Positions 11,650-22,575 of a stretch of DNA of 64,000 nt are shown in pieces. A program made the translations under genes and the position numbers. The notes under the pieces are model-generated. The model was not told the DNA's origin, ran no database searches, and was given only the letters and a program-made list of their open reading frames with translations. The stretch's first letter is position 1; each line of letters begins with the position of its first letter. The stretch is from Octopus sinensis (Eukaryota), in contig NC_043006.1 of NCBI RefSeq assembly GCF_006345805.1, forward strand, positions 63,798,001 through 63,862,000, read 5' to 3'.

Positions 11650-11762
11650 TGCCCCGGGTGAGGCTCGAACTCACAACCTCCGCATATCTCCCGACTTGTG
11701 AGTTAACACAAGGAAGGTACTGTCTATAAGTACGGCGCGCTAACCGATTGTGCTACCGGGGC
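11650..11762 (-). tRNA. tRNA-Ile(UAU) copy 4, 39-nt intron
   Basis: Perfect acceptor stem GCCCCGG/CCGGGGC, A9, T-run about 12 nt downstream. Confidence 0.93.
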
Positions 11763-12025
11763 AGACATCAACAGCTGTCAATATTTAGTTCAATGAAGAC
11801 AGCCAGCCGAGAGGATTGTAAGCACGATTGACAGAATGCTTAGCGGCATTTCGCCTGTCTTTGCGCTCTGGGTTCAAATATTTCACCGAGATCGACTTTG
11901 CCTTTCATCCTTTGGGGGGGGGGAGGTCGATAAATTAAGTACCAGTTACGTACTGGGGTCGATCTAACCGACTGGCACCTTCTCCAAAACTTTCGGGTCT
12001 TGTGCCTAGAGTAGAGAAGAATATA

Positions 12026-12266
12026 CAAGGTTGGCCAAAAGTCACCTGACAGTTAATCTAAACCCATTTAATTCTAAGATTGAAACAAAAAATTATTTTG
12101 TATGAGACTTCGCTGAGATGGACAAATGTTGAAGAAGAAAAAAACGTTGATTTTAACTCACAGCATTCAATTATTAAACATTCATAATTGGAATGAATAG
12201 ATAAAATTGAATATTAAGTATTTATGGAATTTTGATTTACTGTCGGGTGACTTTTGGCCAACCCTG
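12026..12266. mobile_element. Tc1/mariner-type MITE
   Basis: 28-bp TIR CA(A/G)GGTTGGCCAAAAGTCACC(T/C)GACAGT with TA TSD; partial copies at ~11300-11331 and ~14194-14325. Confidence 0.85.
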
Positions 12267-12270
12267 TAAA

Positions 12271-12313
<43 letters not shown>

Positions 12314-12321
12314 AGAGAGAA

Positions 12322-12880
12322 AGGCGGCGAGCTGGACGCCGGGCGAAATGCGTAGCCGTATTTCGTCTGCCGTTACGTTCTGAGTTCAAATTCCGCCGAG
12401 GTCGACTTTGCCTTCCATCCTTTCGGGGTCGATTAAATAAGTACCAGTTACGCACTGAGGTCGATAAAATCGACTTAATCCGTGTGTCTGTCCTTGTTTG
12501 TCCCCTCTGTGTTTAGCCCCTTGTGGGTAGTAAAGAAATAGGTATTTCGTCTGCCGCTACGTTCTGAGTTCAAATTCCGCCGAGGTCGACTTTGCCTTTC
12601 ATCCTTTCGGGGTCGATTAAAATAAGTACCAGTTACGCCCTGGGGTCGATATAATCAACTTAATCCGTTTGTCTGTCCTCTCTGTGTTTAGCCCATTGTG
12701 GGTAGTAAAGAAATAGGTATTTTGTCTATCTTTACGTTTTGAGTTCAAATTCCGCCGAGGTCGACTTTACCTTTCATCTTTTCGGGGTCGATAAATTAAG
12801 TACCAGTTGCGTACTGAGGTCGATCTAATCGACTGGCCCCCTCCCCCAAAATTTCCCGCCTTGTGCCTAGAATAGAAAAG
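12322..12880 (+). mobile_element. SINE family 2, three tandem units (representative)
   Basis: Head GGCGGCGAGCTGG...GTTCTGAGTTCAAATTCCGCCGAGGTCGACTTTGCC. Other copies at about 10130-10410(-), 11070-11300, 11798-12020, 13600-14165(-), 17580-17930(-), 21301-21530, 26560-26980, 29860-30020, 47765-47940, 50870-52640 (array), 54555-54990, 60630-60770(-). Confidence 0.85.
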
Positions 12881-13384
12881 AATATTTAATTCAATGAATA
12901 TGATCGACTTACTTTGTCCCACGATTTTGCTGGCTTTCTTTCAAAATTTGAAGCCAATTATCCGAAAATTTCATTTACAATTACGTACTCTTTTACTCCT
13001 TACTCTTTTACTTGTTTCAGTCATTTGACTGCGGCCATGCTGGAGCACCGCCTTTAGTCGAGCAAATCGACCCCAGGACTTATTCTTTTGTGAGCCTATT
13101 ACTTATTCTATTGGTCTCTTTTGCCGAACTGCCAAGTTACGGGGGGCGTAAACACACCAGCATCGGTTGTCAAGCGATGTTGGGGAGACAAACTTATACA
13201 TACATATATATATACATATATACGACGGGCTTCTTTCAGTTTCCGTCTACCAAATCCACTCACAAAGCTTTGGTCGGCCCGAGGCTTTTAGTTGAAGACA
13301 CTTGCCCAAGGTGCCACGCAGTGGGATTGAACCCAGAACCGTGTGGTTGGTAAGCAAGCTACTTACCACACAGCAACTCCTGCG

Positions 13385-13530
13385 CCTGGGTGAGGCTCGA
13401 ACTCAGAACCTCCGCATACCTCCCGACTTGTGACTGGAGGGTATGCGGAGGAAGGTACTGTCTATAAGTACTGACACAATGAAGGTAATGTCTATAGGTA
13501 CGGCGCGCTAACCGATTGTGCCACCGGAGC
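13385..13530 (-). pseudogene. Rearranged tRNA-Ile(UAU) copy 5 fused to a SINE
   Basis: A and B boxes intact; internal ~30-bp tandem duplication of the anticodon/intron start, a short inverted insertion, a broken 3' acceptor strand and no terminator; runs directly into a SINE head. Confidence 0.85.
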
Positions 13531-14517
13531 ATGTACTTTTTTACAATTAAAATTGGGGGATTTTTCATAATTTTCGGTCAATTATTGAATTAAATATTGG
13601 TTGGAAATTTTCGCCAGTGCATAATTGATACTTAATTTATCGACTCTAAATAGATGAAAGGCAATGTCGACCTGGGCCAGAACGTAACAGCAGAAGAAAT
13701 GCCGCTGAGCATTCTGTCCAGCGTGCAAACGATCCTGTCAGCTTGCTGTCTTCTTCATTGAATTAAGTATCCTTTTCTACTCTAGGCACAAGGTCCGAAC
13801 TTTTGGGGGAGGGAGCCAGTCGATTAGATCGACCCCAGTACGCAACTAGCACTTAATTTGTTGACTCCGAAAGGATGAAAGGCAAAGTCGACCTCGGCGG
13901 AATTTGAACTCAGAATGTAGCGGCAGACGAAATACCAATTTCTTTACTACCCACAAGGGGCTAAACACAGAGGGGACAAACAAGGTCAGACAAGCGGATT
14001 AAGTCGATTACATCGACTCCAGTGCGTAACTGGTACTTAATTTATCGACCCCGAAAGGATGAAAGGCAAAGTCGACTTCGGCGGAATTTGAACTCAGAAC
14101 GTAGCGGCAGATAAAATACCGCTTAGCATTTCGCTTGGCGCACTAACGATTTAACCAGCTCGCCGCCTTTGGTTTTTTTGGGGGTTTTTTTACAGGGTTG
14201 GCCAAAAATCACCTGACAGTAAATCAAAATTCCATAAATACTTAATATTCAATTTTATTTATTCATTCGAATTATAAATGTTTAATAATTGAATGCTGTG
14301 AGTTAATAATCACCGTTTTCTTTTTTTATTTTTTCAACTGGCACTTATTTTATTCACCCCGAAAAGGTGAAAGGCAAAATAGACCTCAGTGTCATTTGAA
14401 CTTAGAACTTAAAGACGAAAGAAATGCCGCTAAGCATTTTGCCCGGCGCGGTAACGATTCTGCCAACTTTTTTTACGATAATTACGATTACAAAAAAAAA
14501 AAAAAAAAAAAAACTAC

Positions 14518-14630
14518 TGCCCCGGGTGAGGCTCGAACTCACAACCTCCGCATTTCTTCAGACCTGTGAATTAACACAAGGAAGGTACTGTCTATAAGTA
14601 CGGCGCGCTAACCGATTGTGCTACCGGGGC
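14518..14630 (-). tRNA. tRNA-Ile(UAU) copy 6, 39-nt intron
   Basis: Full cloverleaf, intron GACAGTACCTTCCTTGTGTTAATTCACAGGTCTGAAGAA, long T-run terminator 14492-14513. Confidence 0.93.
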
Positions 14631-14771
14631 AGATAGTACTGCTTGTTAATATTTAATTCATTGAACGACTGAGAAAAATCATGTAAATATTTATATCGTA
14701 ATCTTGAAGTGGTTTGTCATGTCCGTCGTGTGAAATATGAAATTATGAGACGATGGTGGAAATATCGCAAC

Positions 14772-15507
14772 ATGGGCGGAGGTAAAGGACATGGACCGCA
14801 CCGCACCCCACTTCAGTTTTTTTTTTTTTTTTTTGTGGGGGTGGGGGTCTACAGAAATCCGTCTTTTTAACTGCGGTGATTCCGAAACTGCAAAAAAAAA
14901 AATTCGGCATTTCAATATTTTAACTCCCCACCCTGCTCCGCTCCCCAATTTTTCACTTTTTTAAGAATTGTTTTTTGGAGTGGGGTTCGAAATACGGAGA
15001 TTATGATTCTGAAAGTTAAAAAAATTTGTAAAATTTGCATTTTTCAAAAATAAATAAATAAATAAACACACACACCCCTCCACTCCGCCAGCGCATTTGT
15101 GAGAAAATGAACGTGGTTGAGGGTCTTTTGGAATTAATAGAGGTCTTTAAAAATTAGTTTTTCTGCGCACGCACACACACACACACGACAACAAAATGAT
15201 ATTTTTGAGATATTTTTTTCTTTTTTAGTAATTCGTATTTAGAAAGTGGATCTTCGGGTTGACTGTTGTTTCTAGCTTGTCGGACTTTCCGGTGGGCGCG
15301 TACTTAAAAATTAAAGATTTTGAAAACCCCCCAAAACACGTTTCCAAAATGTTCATTTTCTCCCTCTCCATCCCTCTGGCAAAGAAAAAAAAAGTGGGTG
15401 AGGGAAATTAAAAGTCTGAAAAAAAAATGATTCGTCATTTAGCTGCTGTTTCTAGCATGTCGAATTTTCTGTTTAGATACTTTTAACGTCTGCTATTTTA
15501 GTAGGTG

Positions 15508-15550
<43 letters not shown>

Positions 15551-16244
15551 TATTATTATTATTATTTTACTCTTTTACTTGTTTCAGTCATTTGACTGTT
15601 GCCCTGCTGGAGCACCACCTTTAGTCAAGCAAATTAACCCCAAGACTTATTCTGTGGATGCCTAGTACTTATTCTATTGGTTCTCTTTTTGTCGAACCGC
15701 TTGGTTACGGGGACGTAAACACACCAGCATCGGTTGTCAAGCGATGTTGGGGGCGGGGCAAACACAGACACACAAACACACACCCGTATATATATACATA
15801 TACATATATACGACGAGCTTCCTTCAGTTTCCGTCTACCAAATCCACTCACAAGGCTTTGGTCGGCCCGAGGCTATAGTAGAAGACACTTGCCCAAGGTG
15901 CCACGCAGTGGGACTGAACCCGGAACCATGTGGTTCGTAAGCACAATATTATTATTATTTAGAAAAATTGAAATTTTACAATTTTTTTTTCAGAATCAAA
16001 ATCTCCGTATTGTTCTCCGTATTTCGCCAAAAAATATTTCTAAAAAATTTGAAAAATTGGGGAGTGGAGTGGGGTAGAGGGTGGATTAAAATTTTGAAAT
16101 GCCGATTTTTTTCATTTGCTTTTTTTCATTTGCAGATTCGGAATCTCTGCAGTCGAAAAGATGGGTTTCTGTAGAACCACCCTACCCCCACCAAAAAAAT
16201 AATAACCGAAGGGGGATGCGGACCATGTCCTTTACGTCTGCCAT
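14772..16244. mobile_element. Diverged long-TIR element with SINE in spacer
   Basis: ~14772-15058 and ~15953-16244 are inverted repeats (ATGGGCGGAGGTAAAGGACATGG / CCATGTCCTTTACGTCTGCCAT). Confidence 0.65.
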
Positions 16245-16902
16245 TGGATGTAATTGAAAACTTAAATGGCGACAACGTTTTTATCCTATAAATTTTGAAA
16301 AACTAACATTATAAAAGAAGTGCATTAACTTTAATTAAAATCAGTGCTGATTGAGCGGGTCTCTCTTTTTATTTTAGCTTAAACTGGTTTCAATAATTGA
16401 ACTGCGGCCATGTTGGGGCATCGCCTTGAAGAGTTTTAGTCGAACAAAACACACACACTGCTTATTTATTTATTTATTTATTTATTTTATTTCTGGTGCT
16501 TATTCTGTCGGTTACTTTTGCTGAACCGCTAAGTAACGGAGACATAAACAAACCAGCTCTGTTTGTGAAGCGGTGATGGAAAACGATTGCAAGTATAAAG
16601 ACATATGCACTCATACATAGACGTACAAAAGCGTGCACGCAGAGAGAGAGAAGGCGAAAGAGAGATGGTGGTTTTGGTTTCTGCAACGGTCGTGCGTTGT
16701 GTCATTAAACAAAACATTCTATTTCACGTGACTCCACTCAGCTCTAAAATGAGTTCAAACGATAGCATTGTTTTCGATGATATATCTATTCTTCTGGATC
16801 TTTATGTAAGCAAGCACACCCCAAGCAAAAATCAGTCAGTCACATCGTGACGACTCAACGAGGTCTGGCTGACCAACCTTGGTCAGAGGGAGAAATGAAG
16901 TA

Positions 16903-17160
16903 GCTATATGACACGATCTGTGTCCTTATATTTTCGAACAAGGAAATCTAGCACCCCGACTCAGCTCAAAACAATATCTGTGTATCGCGATTTGGGTGCT
17001 AGATTCCCTTGTTCGAAAATATAAGGACACAAATCGTGTCGTATAGCCAGCTGGAAACAATGTCTCCTGGGGCTAAATTACAGCAACATTAGTCCTAAAC
17101 CAGGACTGCCATGTTATGTTGACAAACAATCTTTACTACAAAGTACTGTTGCTGAATATC
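16903..17160. repeat. Palindromic repeat element with a 54-bp stem hairpin
   Basis: 16903-16956 pairs with 16994-17047 (51/54); the adjoining sequence recurs at ~47085-47285. Confidence 0.8.
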
Positions 17161-18220
17161 TCTCCTTGTGAGATTTACAAATAGTAAGTTTCCAAACCAG
17201 AACTGATTGTCAAGCAGTAAAAGAGAAACACACACACACACACACATGAGCACGCATGTATACATACATGCACACACACATATATATGAATGTATATGTG
17301 AGTGTGAATGTGTGTGTGTGTACATGTATGAGTATTCAACGGGATTCCGCGCAGTTTCCGTCTTCTAAATTCATTCACAGGGCATTGGTCAGCGCGAAGC
17401 TATTGCTACTTCTAACAAGATGTCACACAGTAGGACCGAAACCGTAACTATGTGGTTGCGAACTTCTTAATCATACACCTATGCTTATATAAAGTTTATA
17501 TAATCATGTTTCTATTTTAAACACTTCTATGTTTTTTTGTTTTTGTTTTTGTTTGTTTTTTTTGGTGGGGGGTCTCTTTCTAAGCACTAGGTCTGAAAAT
17601 GTTTCAGAGCGGAGATAAGTTGAGTACATGGACTCAAGTATTCAACTGGTACATATTGGATCGACTCAGAAAGAAAGAAAGGCAAAGTTCACCTCGCTGG
17701 AATTTGAACTCAGAACGTAGCGACGGGCAAAATCCCGCTAACGATTCCTTTCTACTCTAGGCACAAAGGTCCGAAATTTTGGGGGAGCGAGCCAGTCGAT
17801 TAGATCGACCTCAGTATGCAACTGGTACTTAATTTATTGACCCCGAAAGGAACTCAGAACGTAAGACAGACGAAATACCGCTAAGCATTTCGCCCAGCGT
17901 GCTAAGGTTTCTGCCATCTCGCCGCCTTCAAACCAACTCTACTTTAAAAGGAAAATAATGTTACTTTAATGGGGAAAAAAGTGTTGAGTTAGTCGACCAT
18001 TTCAGAGACCAAAAGTCTTGGCACTCAACTTTTACAATTCTTCTTGTCTTTCACACAAACGCACACACATTTACCATGATGCTGCTGTTGCACAAATCGA
18101 ATTATTTGCTCTCCTTTATTCACCAGAAACTAGTCTCTCCTCCTTTACGCATCCATGACCGACATGCGGACACTCCAAGCACCCTTGATTTCTTTCTCAT
18201 TTGTAAACACTTCATCATCC

Positions 18221-18357
18221 CAGTGGCGTAACTAGAGTGTGTGCTATCGGGTTCAGTCCTTGAATGTGCCACATGGTTTATACAGCAGACCCAAAAGTGT
18301 CGTCCCATTAAAAGCGTCACCGAGGGCTGATCGCTTCTCCTTCTAGCTACGCTACTG
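18221..18357. mobile_element. Small MITE
   Basis: TIR CAGTGGCGTAACTAG / CTAGCTACGCTACTG; imperfect 8-bp flanks CATCATCC / CTTCTTCC. Confidence 0.6.
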
Positions 18358-18753
18358 CTTCTTCCCCTCCATGACCATTTTTGCTTCTACTAGGTTTTGA
18401 CCATTGCCTTATTTTGACACGATACCACCCATCCACATAGTATGCAACCCTTTCCTTAGCCATATTGTTCCCATGTGGAATCTCGAGTCAGCTGAATGGT
18501 TGGAACTCCAACAGTTTTATGATTTTCCTAGCATTGGATTTTTGTATCCTGGCCCATTAGAAAGATCTGAAACATAATTACATTCTTATGCGTATCCTTC
18601 CACATCCCACGCAGCCAAAACTCATAACCTCAAATATCCCCTGCCCCAAAATTACCAACAATAGCTTTTATCCATTTATTACAAACACCTGCATGATCAT
18701 CACTCGAAGCACGTAACATACGATTACAAAAAAAAAAGAAAGGAAAAAACTAC

Positions 18754-18866
18754 TGCCCCGGGTGAGGCTCGAACTCACAACCTCCGCATTTCTTCAGACC
18801 TGTGAATTAACACAAGGAAGGTACTGTCTATAAGTACGGCGCGCTAACCGATTGTGCTACCGGGGC
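18754..18866 (-). tRNA. tRNA-Ile(UAU) copy 7, 39-nt intron
   Basis: Gene sequence identical to copy 6, inside a ~390-bp direct duplication. Confidence 0.93.
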
Positions 18867-19159
18867 AGATAGTACTGCTTGTTAATATTTAATTCAATGA
18901 ACGACTGAGAAAAATCATGTAAATATTTATATCGTAATCTTGAAGTGGTTTGTCATGTCCGTCGTGTGAAATATGAAATTATGAGACGATGGCGGAAATA
19001 TCGCAGCATGGATGGGCGGAGGTAAAGGACATGGACCGCACCCCACTTCAGTTTTTATTTGGGGGGGGGGGTCTACAGAAATCCGTCTTTTTAACTGCGG
19101 TGATCTTGAAAGTTCGCACATCCTGAAAGTTCTCCCATCTCCCAAACTACAGCCAATTA

Positions 19160-20050
19160 TTTGTGCTCATGAGAAACTCTATCAACTCTACAGTATCCTC
19201 CTTTCTGCAATTTTGCAACCACGAATTTTCTCTCCACCGAATCGTACTTCGGTGGAGAAAGCCTCTCCATGTGCTGCGCATGTCAGACAAAGTTCCTCCA
19301 AAACTATTTCTCTCAAATCCAGCAAGTTTACCACCACGTGCACATTATACGTCTTCGTGCGAAAGTATCTTCGATTGCTCTAAACTAAGGAACCATTAAA
19401 ATGCTGACAGTGCCTATTAGGTTAACATTCAAATACTGCGATCCAGAGCTAGCTTCTACCGTCTCCAAATCCTTCAGTCTTTCTGTACGGAGTCCTGTTC
19501 CGATGTTTAAATAACACGGTGCGTTGCATTCCTAAGAAGGGCAACTTCTTTGACTCCGCCAGTTGTTGACCCTAATGCTCTCATTTTGAAAGGTGATTGA
19601 GACAGCCATTAAAAATAAGTTTTTTCAATATCTAGAATCTCTTTCATTCCTTAATGACCACCAACATAGCTTTCACAAAATCAGATGCACGGGAGTCACC
19701 TATTCTGTCACTCAGCAGTGAACCCTTGCTCAACATAAAATTTGGTGCCAACTAATTTGTTGCATTTGGCAGCAGTAAAACATACGACAGTGCCTGGCAT
19801 GCGAATCCGTTAACAGTTTATCAATGGATTCCGTTCGTTTCTCATTTCTTAGATTGGACACTTACAATCTAATCACACCATTGTGACATGTACTTGACGG
19901 AGGGCTCTCTGGACCATATGAATGCTTTATCAACCATTAGTGTACTTATGTGTTCCCCAACATTCTTCCATCTGTATATCAACGACCTACTGTTGTCTTA
20001 TCCAACATCACCACACACTTCTATGAAAGTACTTATCCACCCATCTTACT
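19160..20050 (+). mobile_element. Decayed LINE fragments
   Basis: HRIVLRWRKPLHVLRMSDKVPPKLFL resembles the RTE C-terminal LRW.GHV.RM...PK motif; SPTFFHLYINDLL resembles the RT motif LSP.LF.LYINDL. Confidence 0.4.
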
Positions 20051-20670
20051 TCCATATTTCTTTAACATGGGAACAAAACACCACAATTATGCCAAACCAG
20101 TACCGAATCCATGAACAAAACATGAAAAACATTTCTTGAAGTTACGTCAAATCTTGTGTCCTTCACTATTTTTCGACTTTTATCAAGACAGCGGAGTACG
20201 GTTTGAGAGAAATTTGGTTGCTATTTGTTGTAGGTCGAGCACCTCATAGAAGCTCTTTCGTCTAGCTTAGTCCTGCCCATGTTCTTCTTGCGCATCAATT
20301 TGGGGTTGATCTCCCTAATTTCGGGAGGTACAAAGTTCACGGAACACGGACCTTTCACGGACTCTTCTTCTAGTTCAGACTATTTAATAAATAAACAGCA
20401 TTTTCTACAATTATGTGTTTCCTAAACTGATATCAAGAATTCTGGTTTTGGGTATTGAAAAGATTGATTAAAAAAAGAATATAGCTATAACTTTTTTCAG
20501 GCGCAGGAGTGGTTGTGTGGTAAGTAGCTTGCTAACCAACCACATGGTTCCAGGTTCAGCTCCACTGCGTGGCACTTTGGGCAAGCGTCTTCTACTATAA
20601 CCTCGGGCCGACCAAAGCCTTGTGAGTGAACTTGGTAGACGGAAACTGAAAGAAGCCCGTCGTGTATATA

Positions 20671-21181
20671 CAGTAAATCCTCGAGTATAGTCCGCCCTTG
20701 AGTATAATACGCAGGGGATTTTTAGGGTGCTGTACCTCTGAAAAACCTAAACCTTGTGTATAATACGCACCCCTTCTCTAACTTGAGTCAAGGAGGTCTA
20801 TATAACAACCTTGGTTTGAAAAAATGTATACGGTAACGTCCTTTATTATTATTGTATATATAACATAATGCAAACGTGTAGCTTTTTTGTGCATTTTGTT
20901 TGCAGAAAATAAAGAAATAACAGAAATAACGTTTAATAAATGTTGCTTATTGCAAGTTAGGGATGATTCTTTTATGACTTTATTGCTTTCAGGCTTAGCT
21001 TAAGGTATTCTAATGCTCGATATCACAAAATGCGTCTGAATAAACATTGCCAGACAGCAAATAGAGACTCAGACATTGCTTAGAAAATATTTTTCATTTT
21101 TAACCTCGTATATAGTACGCACTAAGGATTTTGACCTTTAAATTTTGGGAAAAAGTGCGGATTATATTCGAGGATTTACGG
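20671..21181. mobile_element. pogo/Tigger-like MITE nested in a family 1 SINE
   Basis: TIR CAGTAAATCCTCGAGTATAGTCCGC / GCGGATTATATTCGAGGATTTACGG, inserted in the SINE's (TA)n tract. Confidence 0.8.
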
Positions 21182-21893
21182 TGTGTGTGTGCGTGTGCGC
21201 ACGCTTGTGTATGTGTCCCCCAACATCGCTTGACGTCGATGCTGGTGTGCTTACGTCCCAATAAACTTAGCGGTTCGGCATAAGAGACCGATAGAATAAG
21301 AAGGCGGCGAGCTGGCAGAACCGTTAGCACGCCGGGTGAAATGTGTAGCCGTATTTCGTCTGCCGCTACGTTCTGAGTTCAAATTCCGCCGAGGTCGACT
21401 TTGCCTTTCATCCTTTCGGGGTCGATTAAATAAGTACCAGTTACGCACTGGGGTCGATGTAATTGACTTAATCCCTTTGTCTGTCCTTGTTTGTCCCCTC
21501 TATGTTTAGCCCCCTGTGGGCAATAAAGAAATAGATAGAATAAATACTAGGCGGTGCTCCAACATAGCCGCAGTCAAAATAACTGAAACGAATAAAAGAG
21601 AACACTTCGATTAGTGAAATAAAATAATTTCCTTTTTTTATTTATTATTATTTATATTTTATTTCTTATGGGTAAGATGGCACTCAATGTTAAAAGGGCG
21701 AATGAAATACTTTCGGCTATTTATTCCATACAGAGTTGATCCCCTTTATAGTAAATTCTCGTAGTTAAATGCCGCCAAATCTCCTTCGAATCTTACTTTA
21801 ACGTCTTAAATGAAAGGGAAAGCACCACTTATTTGTTTTTGCATTATCTATTATATAGAATCCGTTCTCTCTCTCTCTCTCTCTGTCTCTGTC

Positions 21894-21948
<55 letters not shown>

Positions 21949-22575
21949 TGTGTGTGCGTGCGCGTGCGCGTGCGTGCGTGCGTGCGTGCGTGCGTGTGTG
22001 TCTTCTAGGATCTCGGTCATCCTCCATCAGATTGCGCTCAAATTTGATATCTAGATACCGACGGTATCAGGGCGTGTATAAGTCTTGAAAAATTACAAAA
22101 ATCGATTCCAGGTGAGAATGCGATCGATAAAGCCATGGGAACGTGCATTTCTACGCGCAAGTACATCAGCTGTTGCGATCGATACTATGCGTACGCGTGA
22201 AAAATGCCCGTGCAATTTGCGCAAAAAAAAAGCCGGCTGGTTTGAAATAATGCCACAAAATGAAGTATATTTAAGGAACCAAAAATGTAAGATGCAAAAG
22301 AAATATTTTCTTCAAACTTGGCATGAAGGAAGGAAAGACTATTTGGTTTCTCAAAAAAAATTTTTTTTTTTTTTGCCTTAACTTCGTTTAATAAAACCAA
22401 AAATTTTATTGAAATAAAAGCATGCTTGATTATTTTTTAATGAAAAGAAAACACTGATTGCTTTTTATTCAGCAGATATGATTCAGCACCGTCCATTGGA
22501 CAGGGAGCGTTTTGCTCGTATATATGATATATATGTAATAATTAAATTATATATTATGCATTTTATCGTATTTTG

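Noticed and set aside
13012-13353. Recurring ORFs such as MFQSFDCGHAGAPPL..., ...LWSARGYSRRHLPKVP... and MFLQLDALPNANHS...
   Set aside because: Translations of high-copy SINE/repeat sequence, repeated many times in the window; not genes.
6006-18866. CRISPR-like array interpretation of the repeated ~110-bp units
   Set aside because: Eukaryotic context, units fold as tRNAs, spacing is irregular and orientation mixed.
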